DNA from: a virus
DNA length: 64,000 nucleotides
Reading direction: 5' to 3' (one strand)
Virus record (IMG/VR): IMGVR_UViG_3300009151_000035
Coordinates: 83,554-147,553 of that record
Position 1 is the stretch's first letter; the number at the start of each line of letters is the position of its first letter. The position numbers and the translations under genes are program-made. This document shows positions 8,493-17,490 of this stretch, one piece after another. Under the pieces are notes generated by a model. It was not told where the DNA came from. It made no database searches and saw nothing but the letters and a program-made list of their open reading frames with translations.

Positions 8493-10736
8493 ATGACATT
8501 TTTTTACGACTTAAACAAAAAGCTGGACGAGATTCGTGCCACACCTAGCAAGACACATGGCCAGTTGAACGAGCAGTCAGCACCTGCGCATAAATCAAAG
8601 AGTCAGTTAACACAAGCACTCAATGAGCGTGACATGGGCAAGCACAACAATGCCACAACAGGCTTCAAAGCACTGGCTAAGAAAGCTGGCGGCGGTGAAA
8701 AAGGCAACAAGATTGCCGGTGCACAATTCCAGAAGATGAAGAAGGCCGGTCAACTAGAAGAACAAACAGTTGAAGAAAGTCTTAAAGACAAAGCCAAGTT
8801 GGTAGGTCATTTGGCCAAAGATATGGCAAGAAAAGGTCTTGAAAAGTTGGGTCACGGCGACGACGAAGCCATGCGCAAAGATTTGCAAAAGAAAGTGGGC
8901 ATGCCACAAACAGGCAAGAAGCCTGGCGCTACAGAAGACTATGGCCCAATGGAAGCTGGTGCTCCAATGACAGGCAAGCAGAAGTCATTTGCTGACAAGA
9001 TTGCTGTCGCCAAAAAAGAAGTTGACGAGCGCATTGGTGATGTGGCTGCCGAAGCTATTAAAAATGCATTGAGCCCCAAGCAAAAGAAAATGGCTGCATT
9101 GGGCGGCAACCCAAAAAGAATTGATGGTCCTGATCTTGCTGCGTTGCGCAAAGGTGCTGACATGGGCGAAGATGACGATAATAATCCGTTTACATCATAC
9201 AAGAAGCCTCGCAAAGACGTTCCTCAAGTTGGGTCAGTTGAACGTGGTGCCAAGCACGATATCAAACACAGCACCTCAGATCCAAGATATACAGGCCGTA
9301 CTGTAACACGCCGCACAGATGACCAAGGGCATTCAGTAGGCGCCGATGATGATGCAGACACACAAGCAGGACCACGCGGACGCGGACGTCCCAAGGGTAC
9401 CAAACAAAGTATTGGTGCCAAGGGACCATCAGGTCGTTCAAAGTTGATGACAAAAGAAAATGACCGTGATCCAGGCGAATACGATCAAGAAGGCGACATG
9501 GCCAAAGACAGTATCAAGACTGTGGTACGTCATGCACAGGCCTTGGAAAAGATCCTAGGCGACAACGACAACTTGCCAGAATGGGTGCAAGCCAAGTTGG
9601 CCAAGATTGAAGGCATGATGACTGCTGTGGATGACTACATGCAGAATCAATCCGGCGATGAAGAAATGGCCATGGGCGAAGAGTCTACAAACAAACGTGA
9701 CAACCGTGCTGAAAAGGCCGGTAAGAAAGTTACCAAGGACATTGAGTACGACGAGAAGAAGAAAGATGGGATCCATGGTAAAAAGCGTGGCTCAGAAGAT
9801 GCCAAGGCCGAAAAAGCCGGTAAGAAAGTAGCCAAGGACATTGAGTACGACGAAAAGAAAGACAAAAAAGAAGACAAGCCTAAGAAAGTAAAAGAGCAAG
9901 GCGGAGCAGAAACTCCTACAGCATCAAGTGGCTTCAGCTTTGGACAAGGCATTTACGATTCAATGAATCGTGAACTGGAAAAGATGATTGCTGAATCTAT
10001 GAGCGTGAACATGAGCGACTCAACCGAAGGTGGCAAGAGTTTGACCATCACTGCCACAGACGAAGATGCACTCAAGCTGGCTGGTTTGCTTAAAAATGCA
10101 GGCCTGGGTGGCGGTGAGCAAATGGGTCAAGAAATGGGCCACGGTGATGAACACGGTCATAGTGAAGAGCCATGCCCAAGTTGCGGCATGAGTGATTGCG
10201 GATGTGGCGATATTGACGAAGCCCTAGCTGAAAACAATCCAGATTGGCCAACTGACCAAACAGGCACAGAAGATGCCATGATGTATAGTGATGGATTGAA
10301 CGGTCCTAAGTCAACTGGTCAATCACAGGTGCCAGTATTGGCCAGTCAAGAAGACCGCCAACACACATACGAAGAAGATGAAGCTCTTCGTAGAATGATG
10401 GAAATGGCTGGTGTTCAGCAAGACAATCTCAAGCCATGGGAACGCACCATGAAAGAAGATGCCGAAGAGGAAGAACTTGACGAAGCTGAGAAATGTTCAG
10501 CTTGCGATTGCGATCCATGCGAGTGTGACGAGTCTGTGACAGAAAGTTTTGAACAGATGCTGAGCCGCATGCGTGACATTGCCGGCATCCGAGAAGCCAA
10601 GAAGCCTGACTTCCCCGACTTAGACAAAGATGGCGACAAAAAAGAGCCAATGAAAAAAGCTGTTGCTGACAAAGAAAAAAAAGTTGAAGAAAGTATATTT
10701 GCTTTGACCAATCAATGGCGAGCCTACAAGGGGTAA
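8493..10736 (+). CDS. large charged low-complexity protein, putative internal head/core protein
   Basis: 747 aa K/E/D/G-rich; many (L/I/V/M)xE sites, LPEWVQAKL motif, GRGRP AT-hook, Cys clusters. Confidence 0.6.
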   Translation: MTFFYDLNKKLDEIRATPSKTHGQLNEQSAPAHKSKSQLTQALNERDMGKHNNATTGFKALAKKAGGGEKGNKIAGAQFQKMKKAGQLEEQTVEESLKDKAKLVGHLAKDMARKGLEKLGHGDDEAMRKDLQKKVGMPQTGKKPGATEDYGPMEAGAPMTGKQKSFADKIAVAKKEVDERIGDVAAEAIKNALSPKQKKMAALGGNPKRIDGPDLAALRKGADMGEDDDNNPFTSYKKPRKDVPQVGSVERGAKHDIKHSTSDPRYTGRTVTRRTDDQGHSVGADDDADTQAGPRGRGRPKGTKQSIGAKGPSGRSKLMTKENDRDPGEYDQEGDMAKDSIKTVVRHAQALEKILGDNDNLPEWVQAKLAKIEGMMTAVDDYMQNQSGDEEMAMGEESTNKRDNRAEKAGKKVTKDIEYDEKKKDGIHGKKRGSEDAKAEKAGKKVAKDIEYDEKKDKKEDKPKKVKEQGGAETPTASSGFSFGQGIYDSMNRELEKMIAESMSVNMSDSTEGGKSLTITATDEDALKLAGLLKNAGLGGGEQMGQEMGHGDEHGHSEEPCPSCGMSDCGCGDIDEALAENNPDWPTDQTGTEDAMMYSDGLNGPKSTGQSQVPVLASQEDRQHTYEEDEALRRMMEMAGVQQDNLKPWERTMKEDAEEEELDEAEKCSACDCDPCECDESVTESFEQMLSRMRDIAGIREAKKPDFPDLDKDGDKKEPMKKAVADKEKKVEESIFALTNQWRAYKG
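9708..9860 (+). repeat. intragenic duplication AEKAGKKV(T/A)KDIEYDEKK x2
   Basis: Two near-identical ~54-bp copies at ~9708 and ~9807. Confidence 0.85.
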
Positions 10737-10741
10737 AAATC

Positions 10742-10915
10742 ATGACACCATACAGTGAAATTGCAGCCGAACTAGCACAACGCAAAGCCAATGAATATGT
10801 GCCTCCGTCAATTCCTTCGGTGAGACAACAACCCGTGGAAATTCCCGGAGTGATGTATCAAACTCGTGAACTATTTCAACCCGTGGTCAGTCAGCCCAAC
10901 AAGGATAACAAATAA
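10742..10915 (+). CDS. small hypothetical protein
   Basis: ATG at 10742, stop coupled to next start. Confidence 0.5.
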   Translation: MTPYSEIAAELAQRKANEYVPPSIPSVRQQPVEIPGVMYQTRELFQPVVSQPNKDNK

Positions 10916-11214
10916 TGGCTATTCAAGTAATCAAAGACACAGCAGGTAATGTGTTGTGGACAACAGACAAAGCGCAAATCAATTCTGAAAGCACTAATGT
11001 TACCTATCAAGTGTTCGCTACTGCTCTGGGCACTGCTAATGCTGTAGGTAATCTATATGCAAATGCAGTAAGTGTACCTAACGGAACCACTCAAGAAATT
11101 TATGTAGGTGCAGGCAACTATTTGACCTTGACCGGTAACAATTTTACTGCTCTTGCATTAGGCACAGCAAGTTCTGCACAAGAAGGTGTGATCGGGTACG
11201 GAAGCAACCCATAA
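10915..11214 (+). CDS. small beta-rich hypothetical virion protein
   Basis: AAGGA RBS; T/A/G/N-rich 99 aa. Confidence 0.6.
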   Translation: MAIQVIKDTAGNVLWTTDKAQINSESTNVTYQVFATALGTANAVGNLYANAVSVPNGTTQEIYVGAGNYLTLTGNNFTALALGTASSAQEGVIGYGSNP

Positions 11215-11597
11215 TGCGAGCACAAGAGTTTGTGACTGAGGATCGCAAAGGTAAAATACCTGGTGGGCATGATCATGCCATGCCCGGTGCCCATACCATG
11301 CGTGACAATGGCGGCTACGATCGTATCAATCATATGAATCGCATGATGATGGCAGCTGCCATGCATGATGGCAAGAGTAAAAAAGCCATTCCAAGAGATC
11401 AAATGGATCCTGCGTCATGGGTTGAAAAATACAACACAGCACATCCATACACCAAAGAAGAAGATAATATGATTCATGGTGCCATGAAAACTATTGGTGC
11501 AGAAACTATTCACGCAGTATCAGATCATCGCAGCAGAGAACAACCAGACACTCACAAGGTCAGTCCTGTGAAAGGCTTTGCAGGATATCCCCGATGA
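11214..11597 (+). CDS. putative internal head protein (paralog A)
   Basis: MRAQEFVTE start; ends KVSPVKGFAGYPR. Confidence 0.65.
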   Translation: MRAQEFVTEDRKGKIPGGHDHAMPGAHTMRDNGGYDRINHMNRMMMAAAMHDGKSKKAIPRDQMDPASWVEKYNTAHPYTKEEDNMIHGAMKTIGAETIHAVSDHRSREQPDTHKVSPVKGFAGYPR

Positions 11598-11986
11598 GAG
11601 CACGAGAATTTTTCAATGAAGGTCGCACAGGATCATTTACTGCTGATGTGGGTCGAGCACTGCCTGGAGCTTTTAAAATTCCTGCTTTAAAAAATCAAGA
11701 TCCGTATTTGCAATATCGTTTTGGTGTTGCCATTGCTGGTGCCAAAGGTGCGGCAGCTCGTGCCAGAGATGGCGTGCCACCATTTGATGGCAAAGAGTCA
11801 GTGTTTGGTGAAAACGAAATTGTTGTGAGTTATGATCCTGAGGCAGAAGTCTGGATCAAAGATGCGCTCAAGAGCATGGGCATGCCACCTTCAGACGCCA
11901 TACGCATTGGCACCCAAGCATCGGAAGAAATGTCTGATGTAGATAAAATCAGTCCAGTAAAAGCATTTGCTGGCTATCCACGGTAA
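11594..11986 (+). CDS. putative internal head protein (paralog B)
   Basis: MRAREFFNE start; ends KISPVKAFAGYPR. Confidence 0.65.
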   Translation: MRAREFFNEGRTGSFTADVGRALPGAFKIPALKNQDPYLQYRFGVAIAGAKGAAARARDGVPPFDGKESVFGENEIVVSYDPEAEVWIKDALKSMGMPPSDAIRIGTQASEEMSDVDKISPVKAFAGYPR

Positions 11987-12014
11987 ATAGTAGTATATTA
12001 CTGCAAGGCCTACA

Positions 12015-12827
12015 ATGAAAAAAATATTAGCCATACTGCTGACCATAGTCAGCATGTCATCTCAAGCATGGGATCAACGTGCCCCACTGCCAGCACAAGC
12101 CTGTCAAGTACACTCGCCTTGGGGTTGGGCACAAACAGTAAGACCAGCACAGCCAATCTGCAGAGAAGCATATTTGGTAGCTTATGATGCTCCTGCAAAG
12201 ATTCCTGTGTATGTGAGTTACACCCTGTTGCCACAAAATGCACTTGGATGCTTTCCTCGTACCAATGCATTTGTAGCAGATCAATCAGTGCCAGGTGGTG
12301 CCAGACCAGATGACTATGCTGGCACAGGCTACGACAAAGGGCATGCTGCTCCTGATGGCGACTTGAGCTGGAGTCAACAGGTAGAGTATGAGTCATTCCT
12401 AATGACCAACATGTATCCACAACACGGATCACTCAATCGCGGCATTTGGAAACTGTTAGAAACATCCGTACGTGGTTGGGCTGTGCAACACAATCAGCCA
12501 TTCACAATCTTTGTGGGTGCCATGTACAACAGCAACGACCCCACAATTGGTAACGGTGTTGTGGTACCACACGGCTACTACAAGCTGGTGATCAATCAAG
12601 CCACAGGGCAAGTGGCTGGTTGGATTTTTCCACATGTCAAACCCTATGTAAACTTGGGCAACGATCTAACCAAATTTCGTGCTCCTATAGCTCAAATACA
12701 AGAGTATGCTGGAGTAAAGTTTGCGCTGCCCGCCGCCGCCAAAGAAATTGCACCCGGTACAGAATGGTCAGTTGACTTTGGCGCACTCACCAACGCCAAA
12801 CGTCAAAAGTGCGGCCGAGCTGAATAA
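12015..12827 (+). CDS. DNA/RNA non-specific endonuclease (NucA/EndoG family) with Sec signal peptide
   Basis: YDKGHAAP catalytic His motif, NMYPQ...LNRGIWK.LE, VVVP; MKKILAILL...SQA signal peptide. Confidence 0.9.
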   Translation: MKKILAILLTIVSMSSQAWDQRAPLPAQACQVHSPWGWAQTVRPAQPICREAYLVAYDAPAKIPVYVSYTLLPQNALGCFPRTNAFVADQSVPGGARPDDYAGTGYDKGHAAPDGDLSWSQQVEYESFLMTNMYPQHGSLNRGIWKLLETSVRGWAVQHNQPFTIFVGAMYNSNDPTIGNGVVVPHGYYKLVINQATGQVAGWIFPHVKPYVNLGNDLTKFRAPIAQIQEYAGVKFALPAAAKEIAPGTEWSVDFGALTNAKRQKCGRAE

Positions 12828-13892
12828 TTGAAGATATTTGATTTCAGAGAACCCGCCCTTCCACCACGGATGATTGAGCCAATAGCTCAGTCGAGACTTT
12901 CTCTAATTCTTCCTGACAATTGTGTTGTGTTGGACAATACTCCAGTTATTTTATCAGCTGGTGTTTGGGCGAATGCACATTGGCAATTACAACTGCTGAA
13001 AGATCAAGGAGTTACAGGGAAGATTGTGTTTATCAATGGCACACATGATCCTGTCAAATATAGCAACCGACAATTGCATGAGCAGCTTGACAAAATAAAA
13101 AATTATTTTCCCAATTCAAAAATAGCATTATTAAGCAGCCGAGTGCAACATTGGTTTGACAACGTTCCAGAATTTATCTATGTTCCATACCCCATTCAAT
13201 TGGGCTATGTTCATCACACCCCTAAACCACGACACAAACGAATTGGTTGTTTAAATCGCAATAACACTGCACATCGTGTTTGGTTAATGCATAATTTATT
13301 AGAACAAAATCTATTAAGATCAGATTGTGATGTTTTTAGCATGAGCTTTGAACATATTCATAACAAGAATTTTACTCAAGTTGCTGGGTGGTTGGGCAAT
13401 GCTCTTGCTCCAATAGATATTGATTATGAAATAGCCAAATGGCCAGCATCAATTGCCACCCACCCAGATAATTTTCCAAATGATTTCACAACAGATCATC
13501 CAGCATGGAATACTGCAATCGCTGTAGTGACAGAAACTGAATCTGGATGGATGACCATGATAACCGAAAAAACTTGGAAAGCAATTAGAAGTCGCAGTTG
13601 TTGGACAGTATACATGGCTGATGTTGGGTACAAGTTTTTGAGAGATGTGGGATTTGAACCTGATTTTTTTGGTAGGCATGCTAGTTTTGTTGATATAAAC
13701 CCTATTATAAAAATTTGCAAAACATTTGATACAGAAACAGTGGCATTAGATTACTATCACAGTCAAACTCACAAAATAAATCACAATTTTGAGTGGTCAG
13801 GTGGTGACGATCAGGATGCTGCTACAAATTTTACTGCCCCCTGGATGCAGAAATTTTTATCAAAATTCCAACAAGACCTAGCCCGCCTGTAA
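12828..13892 (+). CDS. GT10-like (E-x-TEK motif) glycosyltransferase-like protein
   Basis: CLNR...HR, AVVTETE...ITEKTWKAI; TTG start. Confidence 0.5.
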   Translation: MKIFDFREPALPPRMIEPIAQSRLSLILPDNCVVLDNTPVILSAGVWANAHWQLQLLKDQGVTGKIVFINGTHDPVKYSNRQLHEQLDKIKNYFPNSKIALLSSRVQHWFDNVPEFIYVPYPIQLGYVHHTPKPRHKRIGCLNRNNTAHRVWLMHNLLEQNLLRSDCDVFSMSFEHIHNKNFTQVAGWLGNALAPIDIDYEIAKWPASIATHPDNFPNDFTTDHPAWNTAIAVVTETESGWMTMITEKTWKAIRSRSCWTVYMADVGYKFLRDVGFEPDFFGRHASFVDINPIIKICKTFDTETVALDYYHSQTHKINHNFEWSGGDDQDAATNFTAPWMQKFLSKFQQDLARL

Positions 13893-13899
13893 ATACAGC

Positions 13900-15048
13900 A
13901 TGAGCAATTTTTATTGTGCCGCACCCTGGCGTGGCCTACACATCAATCCCCGTGGCGACGTAAAGACTTGTTGTGCCGGCAACCCCAACATGCTGGGCAA
14001 TTTAAACTCACAAACCATTGAGCAGATATTGAATAGCAATCTCATGACAGACATACGCACCAGTTTGGCCAAAGGTGAGCCGCACGAATACTGCTCTAAT
14101 TGTGTGCGAGCCGAACGCTTTGGTGCGGACTCAGAGCGTCAATGGCACAACAATGTAAATCCCAACTTTGATTATACTACAGCTGGAGACCAGTATCACT
14201 ATCCTGTGATTGTGGATGTGCGTTGGAATACCACTTGTAATTTAAGTTGCAACTACTGTGGCGAGTCATGCAGCTCAAAATGGGCGTCGATCAAAGGCAT
14301 TCCTTTTAAGAGCGGTGCAAGACCTTACTATGATTCAGTCTGTGATTTTATTGAACAACACTACGAACACATACACGAAGTCGCACTTGTAGGCGGTGAA
14401 CCTTTGTTACTGCCAGAAAACAACAGACTGCTAGATGTCATACCAACGGATGCCATAGTCACGCTGATCACAAACTTAAATGTAGATTTGGATTCAAACA
14501 AGATATTCCAAAAGTTATCAACCCGTAACCGAGTAGGTTGGTCAATGAGCTTTGACAATATAGGTGACCGCGTGGAGTATGTGCGACACGGTGCCAGCTG
14601 GGAGTTGATCAAAGAAAATCTCGCCAAGATCAAACATCTGATGACCACTCAAGGACAGTGGGGCGGTATACATGCAGTGTACAACATCTACAATGCCACA
14701 CGCATTTGTGAGTTAAGGCAGTTTGCTGAAGACACAGGTACTACAGTGCTGTGGCAGAATTTGTTTCAGCCTGAGTACCTTGATCCATTCTTACATGGCG
14801 CAGGTGTTGCACGTGAAGCCATAGCAGAGATTGAACGTTTTTATGAGATGAACATTGCCACACCTGCTGAGCGGCAGTTTTTTGACAATGCATTGACCAC
14901 ATATCGCAATAGATTGAATGAGGACAAAGTCAGCAAAATTGACACAGCATTTTTCAAGCACATACATGAAAATGAAACTCGATACCATCCAGATAAAGCT
15001 GGTGAATTTCAACGGCTATGGCCGGAACTAGCATTTTTATGCAAATAA
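13900..15048 (+). CDS. radical SAM protein with N-terminal twitch/SPASM-like Cys domain
   Basis: CNLSCNYC, GGEP; N-terminal CAAPW...TCC...CSNC. Confidence 0.9.
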   Translation: MSNFYCAAPWRGLHINPRGDVKTCCAGNPNMLGNLNSQTIEQILNSNLMTDIRTSLAKGEPHEYCSNCVRAERFGADSERQWHNNVNPNFDYTTAGDQYHYPVIVDVRWNTTCNLSCNYCGESCSSKWASIKGIPFKSGARPYYDSVCDFIEQHYEHIHEVALVGGEPLLLPENNRLLDVIPTDAIVTLITNLNVDLDSNKIFQKLSTRNRVGWSMSFDNIGDRVEYVRHGASWELIKENLAKIKHLMTTQGQWGGIHAVYNIYNATRICELRQFAEDTGTTVLWQNLFQPEYLDPFLHGAGVAREAIAEIERFYEMNIATPAERQFFDNALTTYRNRLNEDKVSKIDTAFFKHIHENETRYHPDKAGEFQRLWPELAFLCK

Positions 15049-15602
15049 CACCAGTCGACGAATATAACAATCTTTTTGAAATAACAGATATAATATCTCA
15101 CGATCTCATGGAAAAAATATTGTCTACGCCATGGCTAGATTTGCCTTGGTCACGTCAAGAAGGACAGGAACATTGGTTCCGCCGCCGTATTTCAAATGAC
15201 AGTGTACCCTGGACCACTGAGTGGAATGATCACATAAACAAAATGTGGCCCAAGGTAGGAGAAGCCATTGGAAGAAAATTAGAAATATCATATGGCTCCA
15301 CATGGTGGATTGACGAGCCAGAATTTACATGTGACATGCACACCGACGGTGATTTAAAAGGAGCCATGCAAATAATTTGTATTGCTGCCCACAAACAATT
15401 GGGAACTTGTTTTTATCATGACAAAAATGGAACTCAAGTAAGAAAACAATTTTTATCTATACCAAACACCGGTTATGTAATGTTAAATTTTCCCAGGAAA
15501 AATGGACTTACTCATTTGCACTGGCATGCAATGTCATGCAAAGTACCTCCGGGAACTTTTAGACTAAGTAGCTATACCTTATTAACACCATCAAAACAAT
15601 GA
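15039..15602 (+). CDS. 2OG-Fe(II) oxygenase-like protein
   Basis: HTD...GT.FY...NTGY...WH...R.S facial-triad pattern. Confidence 0.6.
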   Translation: MQITPVDEYNNLFEITDIISHDLMEKILSTPWLDLPWSRQEGQEHWFRRRISNDSVPWTTEWNDHINKMWPKVGEAIGRKLEISYGSTWWIDEPEFTCDMHTDGDLKGAMQIICIAAHKQLGTCFYHDKNGTQVRKQFLSIPNTGYVMLNFPRKNGLTHLHWHAMSCKVPPGTFRLSSYTLLTPSKQ

Positions 15603-16744
15603 TAACTAAAAGTCCTACATTTTGTCCAGCACCATGGACTAGTCTCAACATTGACCAAGCTGGTGAAACCAGCCCGTGTTTTCATTGTGTTGATATGATT
15701 GGCAACAACAAAAAAAATACCATCCAAGAAATCATACATGGCGCTAAAGCAACCAGCATGCGAGAAGCAATGGCACGTGGCGAATGGCATCCAGGGTGCA
15801 GTTGGTGTAAACGACTGGAAGAAACCACAGGCACCAGTGGTAGAACCGTAAGAGGTGCAAGTGAAGAAACACTAGCGGCAATTGACAAGGACATTAACTT
15901 TTTTAAATTAGAACATCTAGTGGTTAACTGGAGCAATCTTTGCAACTTAACCTGTGTGTATTGTAATGACCAAACATCTACTGCCTGGCAAAGTGTTAAA
16001 AAAATTCCTATCAATCATGTGAAAAATGAACATGCAGATTTGATTGATCTAGCACAAACTCAAGGGCACAACATACAGGGACTTAGTTTGGGTGGAGGAG
16101 AACCCTTGCTGCAAAAAGGACTTGAGGTATTTTTAAGCTATCTCAATCCTGCCACAGTGTCAGTAATGGTCACAACCAATCTCAGTATGGAGATCACAAC
16201 CAATCCTATCTATCAGTTATTGAAAACTTGGCCCAAGGTAGAATGGATGGTCAGTTTTGACAATGCCCACAAAGAAAAATTTGAATATGTAAGAGACCGA
16301 GCAAACTGGGAACAGTTTGTAAAAAACATACGGCAAATGAAACAGGATGGACAACGTGTAAACGCACATCCTGCTTACAGTATCTATTGTGCATTGGATC
16401 TTGTTGAATATTATGATTTTTGCATTGAAGAAAATTTAGGTGTCTACTGGTGTGAACTCAATCATCCAATAGAATTAGACATAAGAAGACACAATCAAAA
16501 TTTACGACACAGTGCAGTTGCAGCCATTGATCAGGTTCTAACCAAGTATGGCGATAAAAAAAGTCTAGCCATTGATGTGCTAAAAACTTATCGCAATACA
16601 TTACAAGACAATAGTTATCTTCGAGACCAAGAATTTTTCAAACCATCAAACACACTAAAATGGCATGAGAAAATTGAAAACACTTTGAGCAAAAAAAATA
16701 AATTTGTTGATCTGTGGCCAGAGCTGACAAAGGAAATGCAATGA
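15599..16744 (+). CDS. radical SAM protein with N-terminal auxiliary Cys domain
   Basis: CNLTCVYC, GGGEP; CPAPW...PC..C...CSWC. Confidence 0.9.
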   Translation: MITKSPTFCPAPWTSLNIDQAGETSPCFHCVDMIGNNKKNTIQEIIHGAKATSMREAMARGEWHPGCSWCKRLEETTGTSGRTVRGASEETLAAIDKDINFFKLEHLVVNWSNLCNLTCVYCNDQTSTAWQSVKKIPINHVKNEHADLIDLAQTQGHNIQGLSLGGGEPLLQKGLEVFLSYLNPATVSVMVTTNLSMEITTNPIYQLLKTWPKVEWMVSFDNAHKEKFEYVRDRANWEQFVKNIRQMKQDGQRVNAHPAYSIYCALDLVEYYDFCIEENLGVYWCELNHPIELDIRRHNQNLRHSAVAAIDQVLTKYGDKKSLAIDVLKTYRNTLQDNSYLRDQEFFKPSNTLKWHEKIENTLSKKNKFVDLWPELTKEMQ

Positions 16745-17490
16745 TGCCACAGGTCACTACTCCACCTTGGCATAGTAATATCAGTTTGACTGCTGGCAAA
16801 ACTTATCAATGGTGGCCTACAGATACTGAAGAAAGTTTTGACCGTATGATGCAAGATCCTGTACATCGTGCATACTTTCAAGAAAAAGCATGGGATAAGC
16901 CAGACACTATTAGCTATAAAATAAACAGTGACGGATTTAGGTCAGAAGAATTTGATCCTTTGGCTGATAATTTAGTGGCATTGGGTTGCAGCTTTACCAT
17001 GGGTATTGGATTGCCATACAAAGATTTATGGCCAACTAGATTGGCACAAGCGTTAAATTTAAGAGCATGCAACTTTGGATGGGGTGGCGCCAGTTCAGAT
17101 CAGTGTTTTAGATTGGCCGATTATTGGATTCCACGATTGAAACCAAAATTAGTAGTGCTTTTAAATCCGCCACGTGGTCGAATGGAAGTTGTGGTGAATG
17201 AGACCACAGGAGAAACTGATACTGTAATGCCCATGAGCAATCACCTGGATGTGTTTGTTAAAAAATGGTTAAGTGTAGATGCAAATCAACGATTAAATAA
17301 TCGCAAGAACAGTCTGGCCATTGAAGCTGTATGCAATCAACTCAGCATACTATTCTTAAGCTACGAAGCAGATGTCTGGATGAGCCGCAGTAGGGAAGAA
17401 GCAGAGTATGCAAGAGACTATATGCATGCTGGACCAAGAGGTCATGCAACATTTACCGAAAGAATACTGGATGATTGGTCTAAAAAGTAA
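16741..17490 (+). CDS. SGNH/GDSL hydrolase/acyltransferase-like protein
   Basis: LGCSFTMG block I, NFGWGGASSD block II, DYMH.G block V. Confidence 0.65.
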   Translation: MMPQVTTPPWHSNISLTAGKTYQWWPTDTEESFDRMMQDPVHRAYFQEKAWDKPDTISYKINSDGFRSEEFDPLADNLVALGCSFTMGIGLPYKDLWPTRLAQALNLRACNFGWGGASSDQCFRLADYWIPRLKPKLVVLLNPPRGRMEVVVNETTGETDTVMPMSNHLDVFVKKWLSVDANQRLNNRKNSLAIEAVCNQLSILFLSYEADVWMSRSREEAEYARDYMHAGPRGHATFTERILDDWSKK

